The position numbers and the translations under genes are program-made. Shown one piece after another: positions 37,406 to 46,916 of a stretch of DNA of 64,000 nucleotides (its first letter is position 1; each line of letters begins with the position of its first letter). The stretch lies in assembly GCA_964603585.1 (NCBI GenBank), contig CAZRVK010000002.1:115513-179512 (forward strand), given 5' to 3'. The stretch comes from an uncultured Planctomycetales bacterium. GTDB taxonomy: Bacteria > Omnitrophota > Gorgyraeia > Gygaellales > Profunditerraquicolaceae. The notes below the pieces were generated by a model, which was not told the origin of the DNA, ran no database searches, and saw only the letters and a list, made by a program, of their open reading frames with translations.

Positions 37406-38791
37406 TTATTTGCCAATACAAAAATCGTCAAAGATCTTATTTAAAAGTTCCGGAGAAAACCTTAAGCCCAAAATATCGTCCAAATACCCCAGGGCATCTT
37501 TAGTATCCTGGGCAATAAACTCAAGTGATAGTTTATTATCCAATGAATCCTGCGCTTCTGCAATAAGTTTTTGCGCATGCCTAAGGGCTGTAATATGCCG
37601 GCTGTTACTCATTATAACCGATTCAGGCGCAATAACCTCCCCCTTATAGATCAACCGCCAGATCGTATCCTCCAGCAAATGGATATTCTTAGACCTTTTA
37701 GCGGAAATCTCGATTAAGTGCGGGAATTTCTGCACAAGCACAGGTTTTTCGATCTTTTGCTTAAGGTCTATCTTATTGATAATGGCGATAACCGCGCGTT
37801 TTTTGAGTTTCTTGATCAGATACTTATCTTCCCTGGATAGCTTTCTACTGCCGTCAAATAATAAAAGTACCAGATCCGCTGAATCAATATGCCTTTTCGA
37901 GCGCAAAATTGCCTTTTTTTCCACTAAATCCCGTGGCTGTAAAATACCGGCAGTATCTATGATCTTAACGGGGATCCCCTTAATATCAACGACCTCTTCA
38001 ATGGTATCACGGGTAGTTCCGGAGATCGCAGTAACAATGGAACGCTCCTCCTTAAGAATGGCGTTCAGTAATGAGGATTTCCCAACATTTGCGCACCCAC
38101 AAATCACAACACTAATACCATCGCGCATCAATTTGCCTTGATGTGCCGTATCCAAAATACCATTTAAATACGCCGAGACCTCTTTTAATTTTACTTTTAA
38201 AGCCTCAAGTGAATTACGATCGATTTCTTCTTCCGGGAAATCTATATTAACCTCTAATACGGCTTGGATTTCCAATAATTTGTCTCTGACCTTATTTATC
38301 TGGCCGGACAAAACGCCATTTAACTGCTGCATGCCGATCTTTACAGCAGAATCGGTTTTTGCCTGGATGATATCCAGGACCGCTTCGGCTTGTGCCAAAT
38401 CTATCCTGCCATTTAGAAAAGCACGCCTGGTAAATTCCCCTGGCTGGGCCAAACGGGCACCATTTGCGATCACTATATCCAATATTGCGCCGATCATAAC
38501 ATTGCCTCCATGGCAATTGATTTCTGCGACATCTTCCTTAGTAAAAGAGCGCGGCGCGCGCATTATCGCCAGAATAACTTCATCAACAATCTTTGCCTTA
38601 CTATCAATGATCCAACCGTAATGCATGGTATAGGTCTTCGAATCAGACGGCTTTTTGCCTTTTTTAGGGATAAATATCTTATCCATGATAGAAAGCGCGT
38701 CTTTACCGCTTAAGCGCACGATCCCGATACCGGATTCTCCGGAAGGAGTAGCAATCGCCGCAATCGTATCATCCATATTTGCATAAATCAT
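37406..38791 (-). CDS. mnmE: tRNA uridine-5-carboxymethylaminomethyl modification GTPase MnmE
   Basis: 461 aa with G-domain GKSSLLNAIL/DTAG motifs and a C-terminal CIGK tetrapeptide. Confidence 0.9.
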   Translation of the reverse strand: MIYANMDDTIAAIATPSGESGIGIVRLSGKDALSIMDKIFIPKKGKKPSDSKTYTMHYGWIIDSKAKIVDEVILAIMRAPRSFTKEDVAEINCHGGNVMIGAILDIVIANGARLAQPGEFTRRAFLNGRIDLAQAEAVLDIIQAKTDSAVKIGMQQLNGVLSGQINKVRDKLLEIQAVLEVNIDFPEEEIDRNSLEALKVKLKEVSAYLNGILDTAHQGKLMRDGISVVICGCANVGKSSLLNAILKEERSIVTAISGTTRDTIEEVVDIKGIPVKIIDTAGILQPRDLVEKKAILRSKRHIDSADLVLLLFDGSRKLSREDKYLIKKLKKRAVIAIINKIDLKQKIEKPVLVQKFPHLIEISAKRSKNIHLLEDTIWRLIYKGEVIAPESVIMSNSRHITALRHAQKLIAEAQDSLDNKLSLEFIAQDTKDALGYLDDILGLRFSPELLNKIFDDFCIGK

Positions 38792-40161
38792 ATACGATCC
38801 CTGCCACCTGTCATAAAACCTTTACCGGAAAATACATCTCTTACCTCGGCAACCACAAATAAAGAACCGGTGGCCAGGATCATATCTTTCCGGCCGGCTT
38901 GGGTCATGGCCAAAGCGGCTGCTTCTTTAACTGCAGAGGTTATAATTATTCTTTTGCCTGAAAAATATCCCGCTAAAACCCCCGGATCAGTTGCCCGGGG
39001 AGTATTGGCCATGGTTAAAATCACAGTATCCGCCAAAGACTTCAATACAGAGCAGATCCCTTTTATATCCTTGTCCCTTGATATCCCCAAGATCAAAATC
39101 AAATGTTCATATTTAAAATTTTCTCTGATCGCTTTCTTTAGAGCCTGGGCAGAAGCAATATTTTGTGCGCCATCCAGGACAATTAAAGGCTCTCGGGAAA
39201 CTATTTCACACCGGCCGGGCCAAATGGTCCGGTGCACACCTCGCCAAACACTGCCGTTACTGATCTTGATCCCTTGCCTGCGTAAAGCCACAATCACGCC
39301 GATAGCGACACTGGCGTTAACTTCTTGATGGGCTCCAATAAGCGGGACCTTGAAATATGTGCGCCTCCTGGAAGCGCAAACATATCCAGGCAATAAATTT
39401 TGCCGGCCGGCCTTAAGGAGTGTGACTGCACACTCACGAGCGCGAAGGCTTATTTCCGCCATAGCCTCTTTTGCCTGGGGGGCAGTGACTACAATACAAG
39501 AATTACCATTTAATGAATAAGCCGGCCCCGGCTTTATGATCCCGGACTTTTCTTTTGCGATTGCGCTCAAAGTTTTTCCCAATTTATCGGTGTGCTCATA
39601 GCTTATAGGGGTAATAGCACATACCAATGGGTGGACTACATTCGTCGCATCCAAGCGTCCTCCCAAGCCGGTTTCTACAACTAAAAAATCGACTCTCTTC
39701 TTTTTAAAATAACTGAACGCCAATGCGGTATAAATCTCGAAGAAAGAAAGCGCCCCGTATGGTGAATCCTCATTGAACCTTTTAATCGCGGGCTTAAGCC
39801 TTGCTACAAATTTCTCCAGGGAATTCTTCGTAATCAAACCCTCAAAATCATCCTGGGCCTGGCATCGGCCAATCGGCCTTAAGATCCTGATCCGCTCCCT
39901 AAAATCCGATAAATGAGGAGAGGTATACAATCCGGTTGTATATCCGGCTTCTCTTAAAATATAAGCGATAAAGGCACAGGTTGAACCCTTGCCTTTTGAT
40001 CCGGCGATATGGATACAGCGTAAATAATCCTGGGGGTTTCCTATTGTCTGCAGAAAACTCCGAATACGTTTAAGGCCTATGGATTCCTTATATTTCCAAG
40101 AGGGGATATTCTCGTAATTAATAAAGGATTCCAGATATTTAACCGCATTCTGATAAGACAT
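38788..40161 (-). CDS. folC: Bifunctional folylpolyglutamate synthase/dihydrofolate synthase
   Basis: IHIAGSKGKGST P-loop typical of the Mur ligase/FolC family. It overlaps mnmE by 4 nt. Confidence 0.9.
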   Translation of the reverse strand: MSYQNAVKYLESFINYENIPSWKYKESIGLKRIRSFLQTIGNPQDYLRCIHIAGSKGKGSTCAFIAYILREAGYTTGLYTSPHLSDFRERIRILRPIGRCQAQDDFEGLITKNSLEKFVARLKPAIKRFNEDSPYGALSFFEIYTALAFSYFKKKRVDFLVVETGLGGRLDATNVVHPLVCAITPISYEHTDKLGKTLSAIAKEKSGIIKPGPAYSLNGNSCIVVTAPQAKEAMAEISLRARECAVTLLKAGRQNLLPGYVCASRRRTYFKVPLIGAHQEVNASVAIGVIVALRRQGIKISNGSVWRGVHRTIWPGRCEIVSREPLIVLDGAQNIASAQALKKAIRENFKYEHLILILGISRDKDIKGICSVLKSLADTVILTMANTPRATDPGVLAGYFSGKRIIITSAVKEAAALAMTQAGRKDMILATGSLFVVAEVRDVFSGKGFMTGGRDRI

Positions 40162-40188
40162 TACATGTATACCTAAGTCTTAGATATA

Positions 40189-41751
40189 TTAATGACGGAA
40201 ATGCCTGATACCGGTTAAGACCATAGCAATCTTATATTTATCTGCCATTTTAATGATCGCTTCATCGGCAATTGACCCCCCGGGCTGAATTATCGCTTTT
40301 ATCTTGTGTTTGGCAGCTACCTGGATGGCATCCTCTTTCGGGAAAAAGGCATCGGAGGCTAAAACCGAATTAGCGGCCATTGCGCCGGCTTTTTTAGTAG
40401 CGATGAAAACCGAATCCACCCGCGACATTTGTCCGGCCCCTATACCTACGGTTTTTCTTCCCTTGGCCAGGATGATCGCATTGGATTTTACATGTTTTCC
40501 CACCTTCCAGGCAAAGATCAAAGATTCTAATTCTTTCTTAGACGGCTTTTTCTTGGTTACTACTTTCAATTTGGACTCTTCCAGAGTAAGGATATCTTCT
40601 TCCTGAACCAACACCCCGCCTCCAACCCTTTTGAAATCTAGATAACGACTGGCGCAAAGCATCTCGGGGAATTCCAAAAGCCTTAGGTTTTTCTTTCCTT
40701 TCAACAAATCCAGTGCTTCCTGGCTAAAATCCGGGCAGATAATACACTCCAAAAACCCGCTTTTTACGATTAATTCAGCCAAATCCAAAGTAACTTTGCG
40801 GTTTATCGCTAAAATCCCTCCAAAAGCCGAAAGCCTATCCGAATTCCAGGCATCCAAATAAGCTTTCAGAAGATCGTCGTTTTCTGCGACGCCGCAAGGG
40901 TTATTATGTTTTACAAACACGACCGCTGGCAATTCGAATTCTTTTACGATATTTACCGCGGCATTTAAATCCAGGATATTATTAAAAGAAAGCTCTTTTC
41001 CCCAAAGCTGCTTGGCCAACGCTAACCCAGAGACCTGATAGCTGTCCCGATAAAAAGCCGCCTTCTGATGCGGATTCTCCCCATAACGTAGATCCTGGAC
41101 CTTTGCAAAATCAAGCCTCAATTCCGAAGGAAACCCATTCCCTCCTTCCGTATCCCGGGGGAGAAGATGTGACTTTAAATATTCATAGATCCGGCGGTCA
41201 TATTCTGCAGTAACCCTAAAAACCTCGATCCCCAGCTCCTGCAAAGTCACTTCGGACAAAGCCTGCTGTTTTTTAAGCTCTTCGATGATCTTCGGGTATT
41301 GGGTGGGACAACTTACCACTGCCACCGATTGATGGTTTTTAGCCGCAGAACGCAGCATGCTTGGGCCGCCGATATCGATATTCTCAATTGCCTCCCCAAT
41401 GGAAACATTAGGGTCCTGTATTACCTTATCAAAAGGATATAAATTCACTACTACCATATCGATCAAAGGGATATCATGGTATTTTAGCTGTTCCATGTGT
41501 TTCGGGTTATTTCTTAAAGCAAGCAGTCCGGCATGGATCTTAGGATGCAAGGTCTTTACCCGGCCGTCCAGCATCTCGGCAAACCCGGTATATTCGGAAA
41601 CTTCCTTGACCGGGATATTATTCTCTTTGAGCAATTTAGCGGTACCTCCGGTAGAAAGGATATCCACTCCCAAACTGATCAACTCCCGGGCAAATTCCAC
41701 AATACCGGTTTTATCCGATAAACTAACCAATGCGCGTTTGATCTTGAGCAT
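40189..41751 (-). CDS. purH: Bifunctional AICAR transformylase/IMP cyclohydrolase
   Basis: 520 aa with a KRALVSLSDKTGIVEFARELISLGVDILSTGGTAK MGS-like N-terminus. Confidence 0.95.
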   Translation of the reverse strand: MLKIKRALVSLSDKTGIVEFARELISLGVDILSTGGTAKLLKENNIPVKEVSEYTGFAEMLDGRVKTLHPKIHAGLLALRNNPKHMEQLKYHDIPLIDMVVVNLYPFDKVIQDPNVSIGEAIENIDIGGPSMLRSAAKNHQSVAVVSCPTQYPKIIEELKKQQALSEVTLQELGIEVFRVTAEYDRRIYEYLKSHLLPRDTEGGNGFPSELRLDFAKVQDLRYGENPHQKAAFYRDSYQVSGLALAKQLWGKELSFNNILDLNAAVNIVKEFELPAVVFVKHNNPCGVAENDDLLKAYLDAWNSDRLSAFGGILAINRKVTLDLAELIVKSGFLECIICPDFSQEALDLLKGKKNLRLLEFPEMLCASRYLDFKRVGGGVLVQEEDILTLEESKLKVVTKKKPSKKELESLIFAWKVGKHVKSNAIILAKGRKTVGIGAGQMSRVDSVFIATKKAGAMAANSVLASDAFFPKEDAIQVAAKHKIKAIIQPGGSIADEAIIKMADKYKIAMVLTGIRHFRH

Positions 41752-41793
41752 GACTGGCTACTCCTTTTCAAGAAAGACTTAACCTTGTAATAA

Positions 41794-42498
41794 TTATTTA
41801 TTTACGCGGAAGGTAATAACATCCCCATCTTGGACTATATACTCCTTCATTTCCAGGCGCAGATGATTATTGTTGCGTGCACCGGAGAATCCTCCATCAT
41901 TCATGAGATCCTGAAAACTCACTACTTCTGCCCGGATAAAACCTTTTTGGATATCCGAATGTATCGCCCCCGAAGCCTCCCAGGCTGTAGAACCCTTTTT
42001 AATCGACCAGGCATGCGCATCTTTTTCTCCGGCAGTAAAGTAAGTTATATAGCCAAATGAATTATAAGCCGAAAATAATAACTTATCCTTATCTTGAGCC
42101 TCTTCTTCTTTAGCAAAATAGATCGGCTTGACCGTTAAAAGAGGGTATCCGGAAATCGCCTTTTTTTCTTCTTCATCCAGGGATAAATCAAAAAGCATTT
42201 TTTCTTTGTCCAGCTCCGACTTAAAGCGGGAAAGCAGCTTTTTCTCCGCCTCATCAGCTGAACGCTGCAACCTTAATTCTACAAATTCCAGATCCGTCAT
42301 GATTAACACTAACCTAGAACTTTCCAGAGCGATAATCCCGTCCGCCTCTTTAATTTTATCTTCTGCGGTAATAATATCAGCTTGTATATAGACCCGCTTT
42401 GCGGATTTAAACATCTCTTCCAGGGTCTTAATCCTGGCATCCATAATATTAGCCTTGCCCTGGGCGATACCTTCGATACCAAAAATCCCTATTTTCAC
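41794..42498 (-). CDS. YchF-related protein with degenerate P-loop (DUF933/TGS C-terminal domain)
   Basis: The C-terminus (HSDIQKGFIRAEVVSFQDL...YIVQDGDVITFRVN) matches the YchF TGS domain. It is only 234 aa, against ~363 aa for YchF. Its N-terminus GIFGIEGIAQGKAN replaces the canonical GLPNVGKST. Confidence 0.5.
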   Translation of the reverse strand: MKIGIFGIEGIAQGKANIMDARIKTLEEMFKSAKRVYIQADIITAEDKIKEADGIIALESSRLVLIMTDLEFVELRLQRSADEAEKKLLSRFKSELDKEKMLFDLSLDEEEKKAISGYPLLTVKPIYFAKEEEAQDKDKLLFSAYNSFGYITYFTAGEKDAHAWSIKKGSTAWEASGAIHSDIQKGFIRAEVVSFQDLMNDGGFSGARNNNHLRLEMKEYIVQDGDVITFRVNK

Positions 42499-42537
42499 TT
42501 TCCTCTTTCCTTTCGTAGCGGTTAAACCTGTAAGGAC

Positions 42538-44505
42538 CTAATGAACCGATTCCTGCTCTTCATGCTTACGCGAAGCTTGATACTGGCTAATGATACCGGA
42601 AGCTATTTTATGAGGGAGTTCCGCATAATGTGACAAACGCATAGTATACGCCCCACGGCCCGCGGTCAGAGAGCGCAAGTCATTAGCGTAAGTGAACATC
42701 TCGGACAAAGGAGCAGTAGCCTTTACCACCTGCGACTTGCCTTTTATATCCATTCCTACCAGATGTCCGCGGCGTGAATTAATATCCCCAGAAATCGCCC
42801 CCAGGCAATCTTCCGGGATCACTATCTCTACATTCATTACCGGCTCCAGCAAAACCGGCCCGGCTTCCAATACCGCCTTCTTTAATGCCATTGAACCGGC
42901 AATTTGAAAGGCCATATCTGAAGAATCGACATCATGGTATGAGCCATCAACCAGGGTCACCCGGATATCTTCTATCGGATAGCCCGCAACCGCTCCCTCC
43001 AAGCACGCCTGCCGGATACCTTTTTCCGCGGAAGGAATGAAATTCCTGGGAATAGCCCCGCCGACTATTTTATCCACAAACTCAAACCCGCTGCCCCGAG
43101 GCATTGGATCAATAGTAATCCAAACATCCCCATATTGGCCCCGGCCGCCGGATTGCCGTTTAAACTTCCCCTGGATCCTGACAGATTTTGTGATTGTTTC
43201 CTTATATGACACCTTGGGAGTACCTAACTCCACATCCACATTGAACCTTTTTTTGATCCGGCCGACCATAACATCCAAATGTAAATCCCCTAAACCGGAA
43301 ATGATCAACTCCTTGCTTACAGCATCGTGCATAACCTTAAAAGTAGGGTCTTCAGTCACCAATTTATGCAACGCAATGGAGATCTTATCCTCATCCTGCC
43401 GGGATTTGGGCTTTACCGAAGCAGAAATAGCTGGCTCGGGGAAAACGATCTCCTTAAAAAGCACTGGATTCTTCTCGTCACAAAGGGAATCCCCGGTAAA
43501 AGTGTCTTTCAATTTCGCAATCGCTACAATATCCCCGCAAGAGGCGCTTTCTAACACCCTTTGCTCCTTACCCTGCAAAAGATAGACCGGGCCTATCCTT
43601 TCCTTAATACGTTTATTTGCATTATAGAAACTGGTATTGGCAAGCAGTTTCCCGGAAAAAACACGTAAAATTGTCAATTGGCCGACATAAGGATCGGAGA
43701 TGCTTTTAAAAACAAAACCCGAGAAAGGAGCGGATTCCGTAAGTGCAACAGTAACCTTTTCCTGGAGTTTTTCCGGATCCACCGCCTCAATAGGCGCACG
43801 CTCCAGAGGAGTAGGAAAATATTGTACAATATCATCTAAAAGGTCAACAACCCCCTTATCCGTCAATGCAGAGCCATAAAGCACAGGGAATAATTTTCTT
43901 TTTATAACCGCCTGGCGTAAACCGTCTTTGATCTCATCCAGAGAAAGGCGCAAAACCTCAAGATACTTTACCAGAAGATTATCATCACTTTCGGCAATCG
44001 CCTCCATTAAATCTGAATCCTCCAGGGATTCAATGAACACACAATTCTTGGAAAAATTAGATTTGAGGCCGGATAATACCTGTTTTACCTCGACGCCTTC
44101 CTTATCAGTTTTATTTACAAAGAACATACACGGGATACCGGCTTCTTCTGCTATCTGCCAGGCGCGTTCCGTACCGACCTCAACTCCAGAAGCAGCATCC
44201 ACAATAATAACCGCACAATCTGCAGCGCGTATACTGGAAACCACCTCCCCGGAAAAATCGGCGTAACCTGGAGTATCCAGGATCTGGATCCTCACCCCTT
44301 TATGATCACAATAAAGCAAGCTGGTATTAATAGAACTCTTGCGTTCAATCTCGTCAAAACTATAATCGCTAACGGTGTTGCCCTCGACTACGTTTCCTTT
44401 GCGCGGTGAACTCTTGCACAGATAAAGCATACTTTCTGCAAGGCTGGTTTTACCGGATTGGGCGTGACCTAAAAGAATAAGGCTCCTTTTATTTTTGACA
44501 TCCAT
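42538..44505 (-). CDS. Elongation factor G family GTPase (divergent paralog)
   Basis: G1 motif GHAQSGKTS, NKTD, and EF-G domains II to V. Switch II reads DTPGYADF where canonical EF-G has DTPGHVDF. Confidence 0.8.
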   Translation of the reverse strand: MDVKNKRSLILLGHAQSGKTSLAESMLYLCKSSPRKGNVVEGNTVSDYSFDEIERKSSINTSLLYCDHKGVRIQILDTPGYADFSGEVVSSIRAADCAVIIVDAASGVEVGTERAWQIAEEAGIPCMFFVNKTDKEGVEVKQVLSGLKSNFSKNCVFIESLEDSDLMEAIAESDDNLLVKYLEVLRLSLDEIKDGLRQAVIKRKLFPVLYGSALTDKGVVDLLDDIVQYFPTPLERAPIEAVDPEKLQEKVTVALTESAPFSGFVFKSISDPYVGQLTILRVFSGKLLANTSFYNANKRIKERIGPVYLLQGKEQRVLESASCGDIVAIAKLKDTFTGDSLCDEKNPVLFKEIVFPEPAISASVKPKSRQDEDKISIALHKLVTEDPTFKVMHDAVSKELIISGLGDLHLDVMVGRIKKRFNVDVELGTPKVSYKETITKSVRIQGKFKRQSGGRGQYGDVWITIDPMPRGSGFEFVDKIVGGAIPRNFIPSAEKGIRQACLEGAVAGYPIEDIRVTLVDGSYHDVDSSDMAFQIAGSMALKKAVLEAGPVLLEPVMNVEIVIPEDCLGAISGDINSRRGHLVGMDIKGKSQVVKATAPLSEMFTYANDLRSLTAGRGAYTMRLSHYAELPHKIASGIISQYQASRKHEEQESVH

Positions 44506-44604
44506 ATCATTTTCACTCCTTTTTAAAATAAAATAACCTGGGTTATTAATTATTTTTTTAGAGGAAAATCATAGCGCTGAAGATGCAAAAATATTTATGT
44601 GATT

Positions 44605-44633
44605 ATTATATAATAGGTAAAGAGGAGGGTCAA
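44605..44633 (-). promoter_or_regulatory. Sigma-70-like promoter (TTGACC-17-TATAAT) upstream of the EF-G-like gene
   Basis: The reverse complement gives TTGACC (44628..44633), a 17-nt spacer, then TATAAT (44605..44610). AAGGAG sits 9 nt before the EF-G ATG. Confidence 0.45.
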
Positions 44634-44697
44634 GGAATAGCTTGCCAGGGAAAAAGCCCGCTGTAAGCTCGTATAATGCGGATAATACCTGTTTCTT

Positions 44698-45921
44698 TTA
44701 CTCCAAATAGGTGTAGATCTTTCCCTTATAGTTACGAAGGACGTATTTACCCTTAGCCTGTGAAAGGATATAGTTAGGTCCCACGGGGATCTTGCCTCCG
44801 CCTCCAGGGCCGTCTATGACATAAGTAGGTATGGCATACCCAGAGGTATGCCCGCGTAATTTTTCCATAATATTGATCCCAACGGCAACAGGAGTACGAA
44901 AATGCTGCGTTCCCCTCACGGGATCACACTGGTAAATATAATACGGCCTAACCCTAATCTGCAGCAACTCCTGCATCAGTTTTTTCATGATATACGGCCG
45001 GTCATTAATGCCTTTTAAAAGCACACTTTGGCTGCCTAAGGGGATACCGGACTCCGAAAGCATATCACAGGCGATCTTACAACGCTTAGAAATCTCTTTA
45101 GGGTGGTTAAAATGTATGCTCATCCAAATAGGCGAATATTTCTTAAGCATATTGACCAGTTTTTCCGTAATCCTCTGGGGCAGGGTAACCGGCACACGCG
45201 TGCCGATCCTGACAAATTCTACATGAGAGATCGCTCTGATCCTCATAACCAAACTTTCTATTTCCTCATCTTCCAAGGTAAGAGGATCTCCCCCGGAAAT
45301 CAGGACATCTCTAACCTTACGATTCTGCCGTATATACTCAATAGCAGCATCAAACCTTGTAGAAGCACCGCTTTTTTCTTCTTCATGGTCACCCACCAGC
45401 CTTCTTCTGGTACAATGCCGGCAATACATTGCGCAATGGTCGGTAGCTAAAAGTAAAACCCTGTCCGGATAACGATGCACCAGATGCGCCGCAGGAGAAT
45501 CCCGATCCTCTGCGCAAGGATCCGTCATTTCATGAGGAGCAACTACCAATTCCTCCGCAGAAGGAACCGCTTGCCTGCGGATAGGACAAGCCGGGTCTTC
45601 CGGATCCATAAGCGCCGCCCAGTAGGGAGTGATCGCCATGGCAAGCCTGCCTTTAGCCTTATCGATACCCTTCTCTTCTTCCGGGGTCAACTTAATGATC
45701 TGGGTCAACTCCTCTTTACTGTGAATACGATGCTTTAACTGCCAGTGCCAATCCTCCCAATCCAGGGGATTCACATCTTTATAAATACCGATCTGCTGAT
45801 AATCTCGAGGCCTCTTACCAATACGCGCGGGGGCAGCAACTTCTAATTGCAATTTGGGATTTTCAACCGTAATCACATTATTAGTGGGATTGCTCAAGTT
45901 ACTCCTTTCGCTTAAAAGCAC
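44698..45921 (-). CDS. kamA: Lysine 2,3-aminomutase (KamA-type radical SAM/PLP enzyme)
   Basis: Nearly colinear with my recollection of clostridial KamA: ITPYWAALMDPEDP, HRYPDRVLLLATDHCAMYCRHCTRRR (CxxxCxxC), RPYYIYQCD, GHTSGYAIPTYVIDGPGGGGK. Confidence 0.9.
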   Translation of the reverse strand: MLLSERSNLSNPTNNVITVENPKLQLEVAAPARIGKRPRDYQQIGIYKDVNPLDWEDWHWQLKHRIHSKEELTQIIKLTPEEEKGIDKAKGRLAMAITPYWAALMDPEDPACPIRRQAVPSAEELVVAPHEMTDPCAEDRDSPAAHLVHRYPDRVLLLATDHCAMYCRHCTRRRLVGDHEEEKSGASTRFDAAIEYIRQNRKVRDVLISGGDPLTLEDEEIESLVMRIRAISHVEFVRIGTRVPVTLPQRITEKLVNMLKKYSPIWMSIHFNHPKEISKRCKIACDMLSESGIPLGSQSVLLKGINDRPYIMKKLMQELLQIRVRPYYIYQCDPVRGTQHFRTPVAVGINIMEKLRGHTSGYAIPTYVIDGPGGGGKIPVGPNYILSQAKGKYVLRNYKGKIYTYLE

Positions 45922-46894
45922 TCGTTAATATCGCCTCAATAAGATCCTCGTATTTCATTCCGGAGGCATAAGCCATAACCGGAAAATTCGATTCCTTTGG
46001 ATCAAGACCAGGTAACGGGTTTATCTCCAAGACATAGGGGATATTATCTTTACTCAAACGGATATCCGTCCGGGAAATATCCAAACACCCTACAGAATGA
46101 TGAGTCTTAAGCGCTACCTCTTTAACCCGCCTTTCGGTTTCTTTATCTAACCTGGCCGGGCAATGGAACGTAGGGGTTAACCCTAATTCGCGGTTACCCT
46201 GGTATTCCTTCATCTTCCAGGAATAAAAAAATTCTTCTTGGTTAGAGCAGGTAGAAAAGTCGATTTCCAGGATAGGCAGGATCGTGGTTTTGCCGTTTTC
46301 CAGGATCCCTACCGTAAGCTCCTTGCCCTCAATGAACTCCTCAACCAATGCCTCCTGATGATAATTGTGGATCAACTCCTTGACTTTCTTATAAAGCCCG
46401 GAGCTATCTCTGACCACATTAGATGAATTGATCCCTTTGGCAGAACCTTCGCAATTGGGTTTGACTATCAGCGGAAACTTTAATTCGGCAAGCAACTTCT
46501 CGTTCCCGGTCTCAAAAACCTGGAAATTGGGAGTGGGGATATTCTCTGCTAAAAGTATCTTCTTGGTTAAAGCCTTGTTCAAGGCCAAAGCCAGAGAAAA
46601 AGTATTTGAACCGGTATAAGGCACATCCAAATAATCCAATATCGCAGGGATCTCTGATTCACGGAACTTCCCAGACTTTCCTTCTGCGATATTAAAAACC
46701 ATATCTACGGTGTTTTTGCGAAAATAGGAAAACAGGTTCGGGTATTCGGCCTCCACAAGCTCAACGCTGTGCCCTTTTTTATTTAAAGCAGAGGCGATCG
46801 CATTTATGGTTTCTTCGGAATCGAATTCCGAGAAATAATCCTCCGGCTTTGTCAGATCTTTTTTCTTCAGGTTATAGGTTAAGGCGATTTTCAT
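45899..46894 (-). CDS. ATP-grasp ligase, D-alanine--D-alanine ligase family (short form)
   Basis: 331 aa with Ddl-like N-domain and ATP-grasp motifs (LDVPYTGS, EEFIEGKELTVGIL, VLEINPLPGL). It overlaps kamA by 23 nt. Confidence 0.7.
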   Translation of the reverse strand: MKIALTYNLKKKDLTKPEDYFSEFDSEETINAIASALNKKGHSVELVEAEYPNLFSYFRKNTVDMVFNIAEGKSGKFRESEIPAILDYLDVPYTGSNTFSLALALNKALTKKILLAENIPTPNFQVFETGNEKLLAELKFPLIVKPNCEGSAKGINSSNVVRDSSGLYKKVKELIHNYHQEALVEEFIEGKELTVGILENGKTTILPILEIDFSTCSNQEEFFYSWKMKEYQGNRELGLTPTFHCPARLDKETERRVKEVALKTHHSVGCLDISRTDIRLSKDNIPYVLEINPLPGLDPKESNFPVMAYASGMKYEDLIEAILTSAFKRKE

Positions 46895-46916
46895 CGCGAT
46901 TTTGACGCTCTCCGTG

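Noticed and set aside
44506-44560. AT-rich hairpin (UAAUAACCcaGGUUAUU + U-rich) in the 5' leader of the EF-G-like gene as a second attenuator
   Set aside because: The stem is short and AU-rich and is probably unstable. It is also very close to the RBS. I do not think it is distinguishable from chance in AT-rich DNA.
44698-45921. Calling the aminomutase EpmB (EF-P beta-lysylation) because it neighbours translation-factor paralogs
   Set aside because: Its length (407 aa) and strong similarity to clostridial KamA fit KamA better, and there is no EpmA (LysRS-like) or efp in the window.
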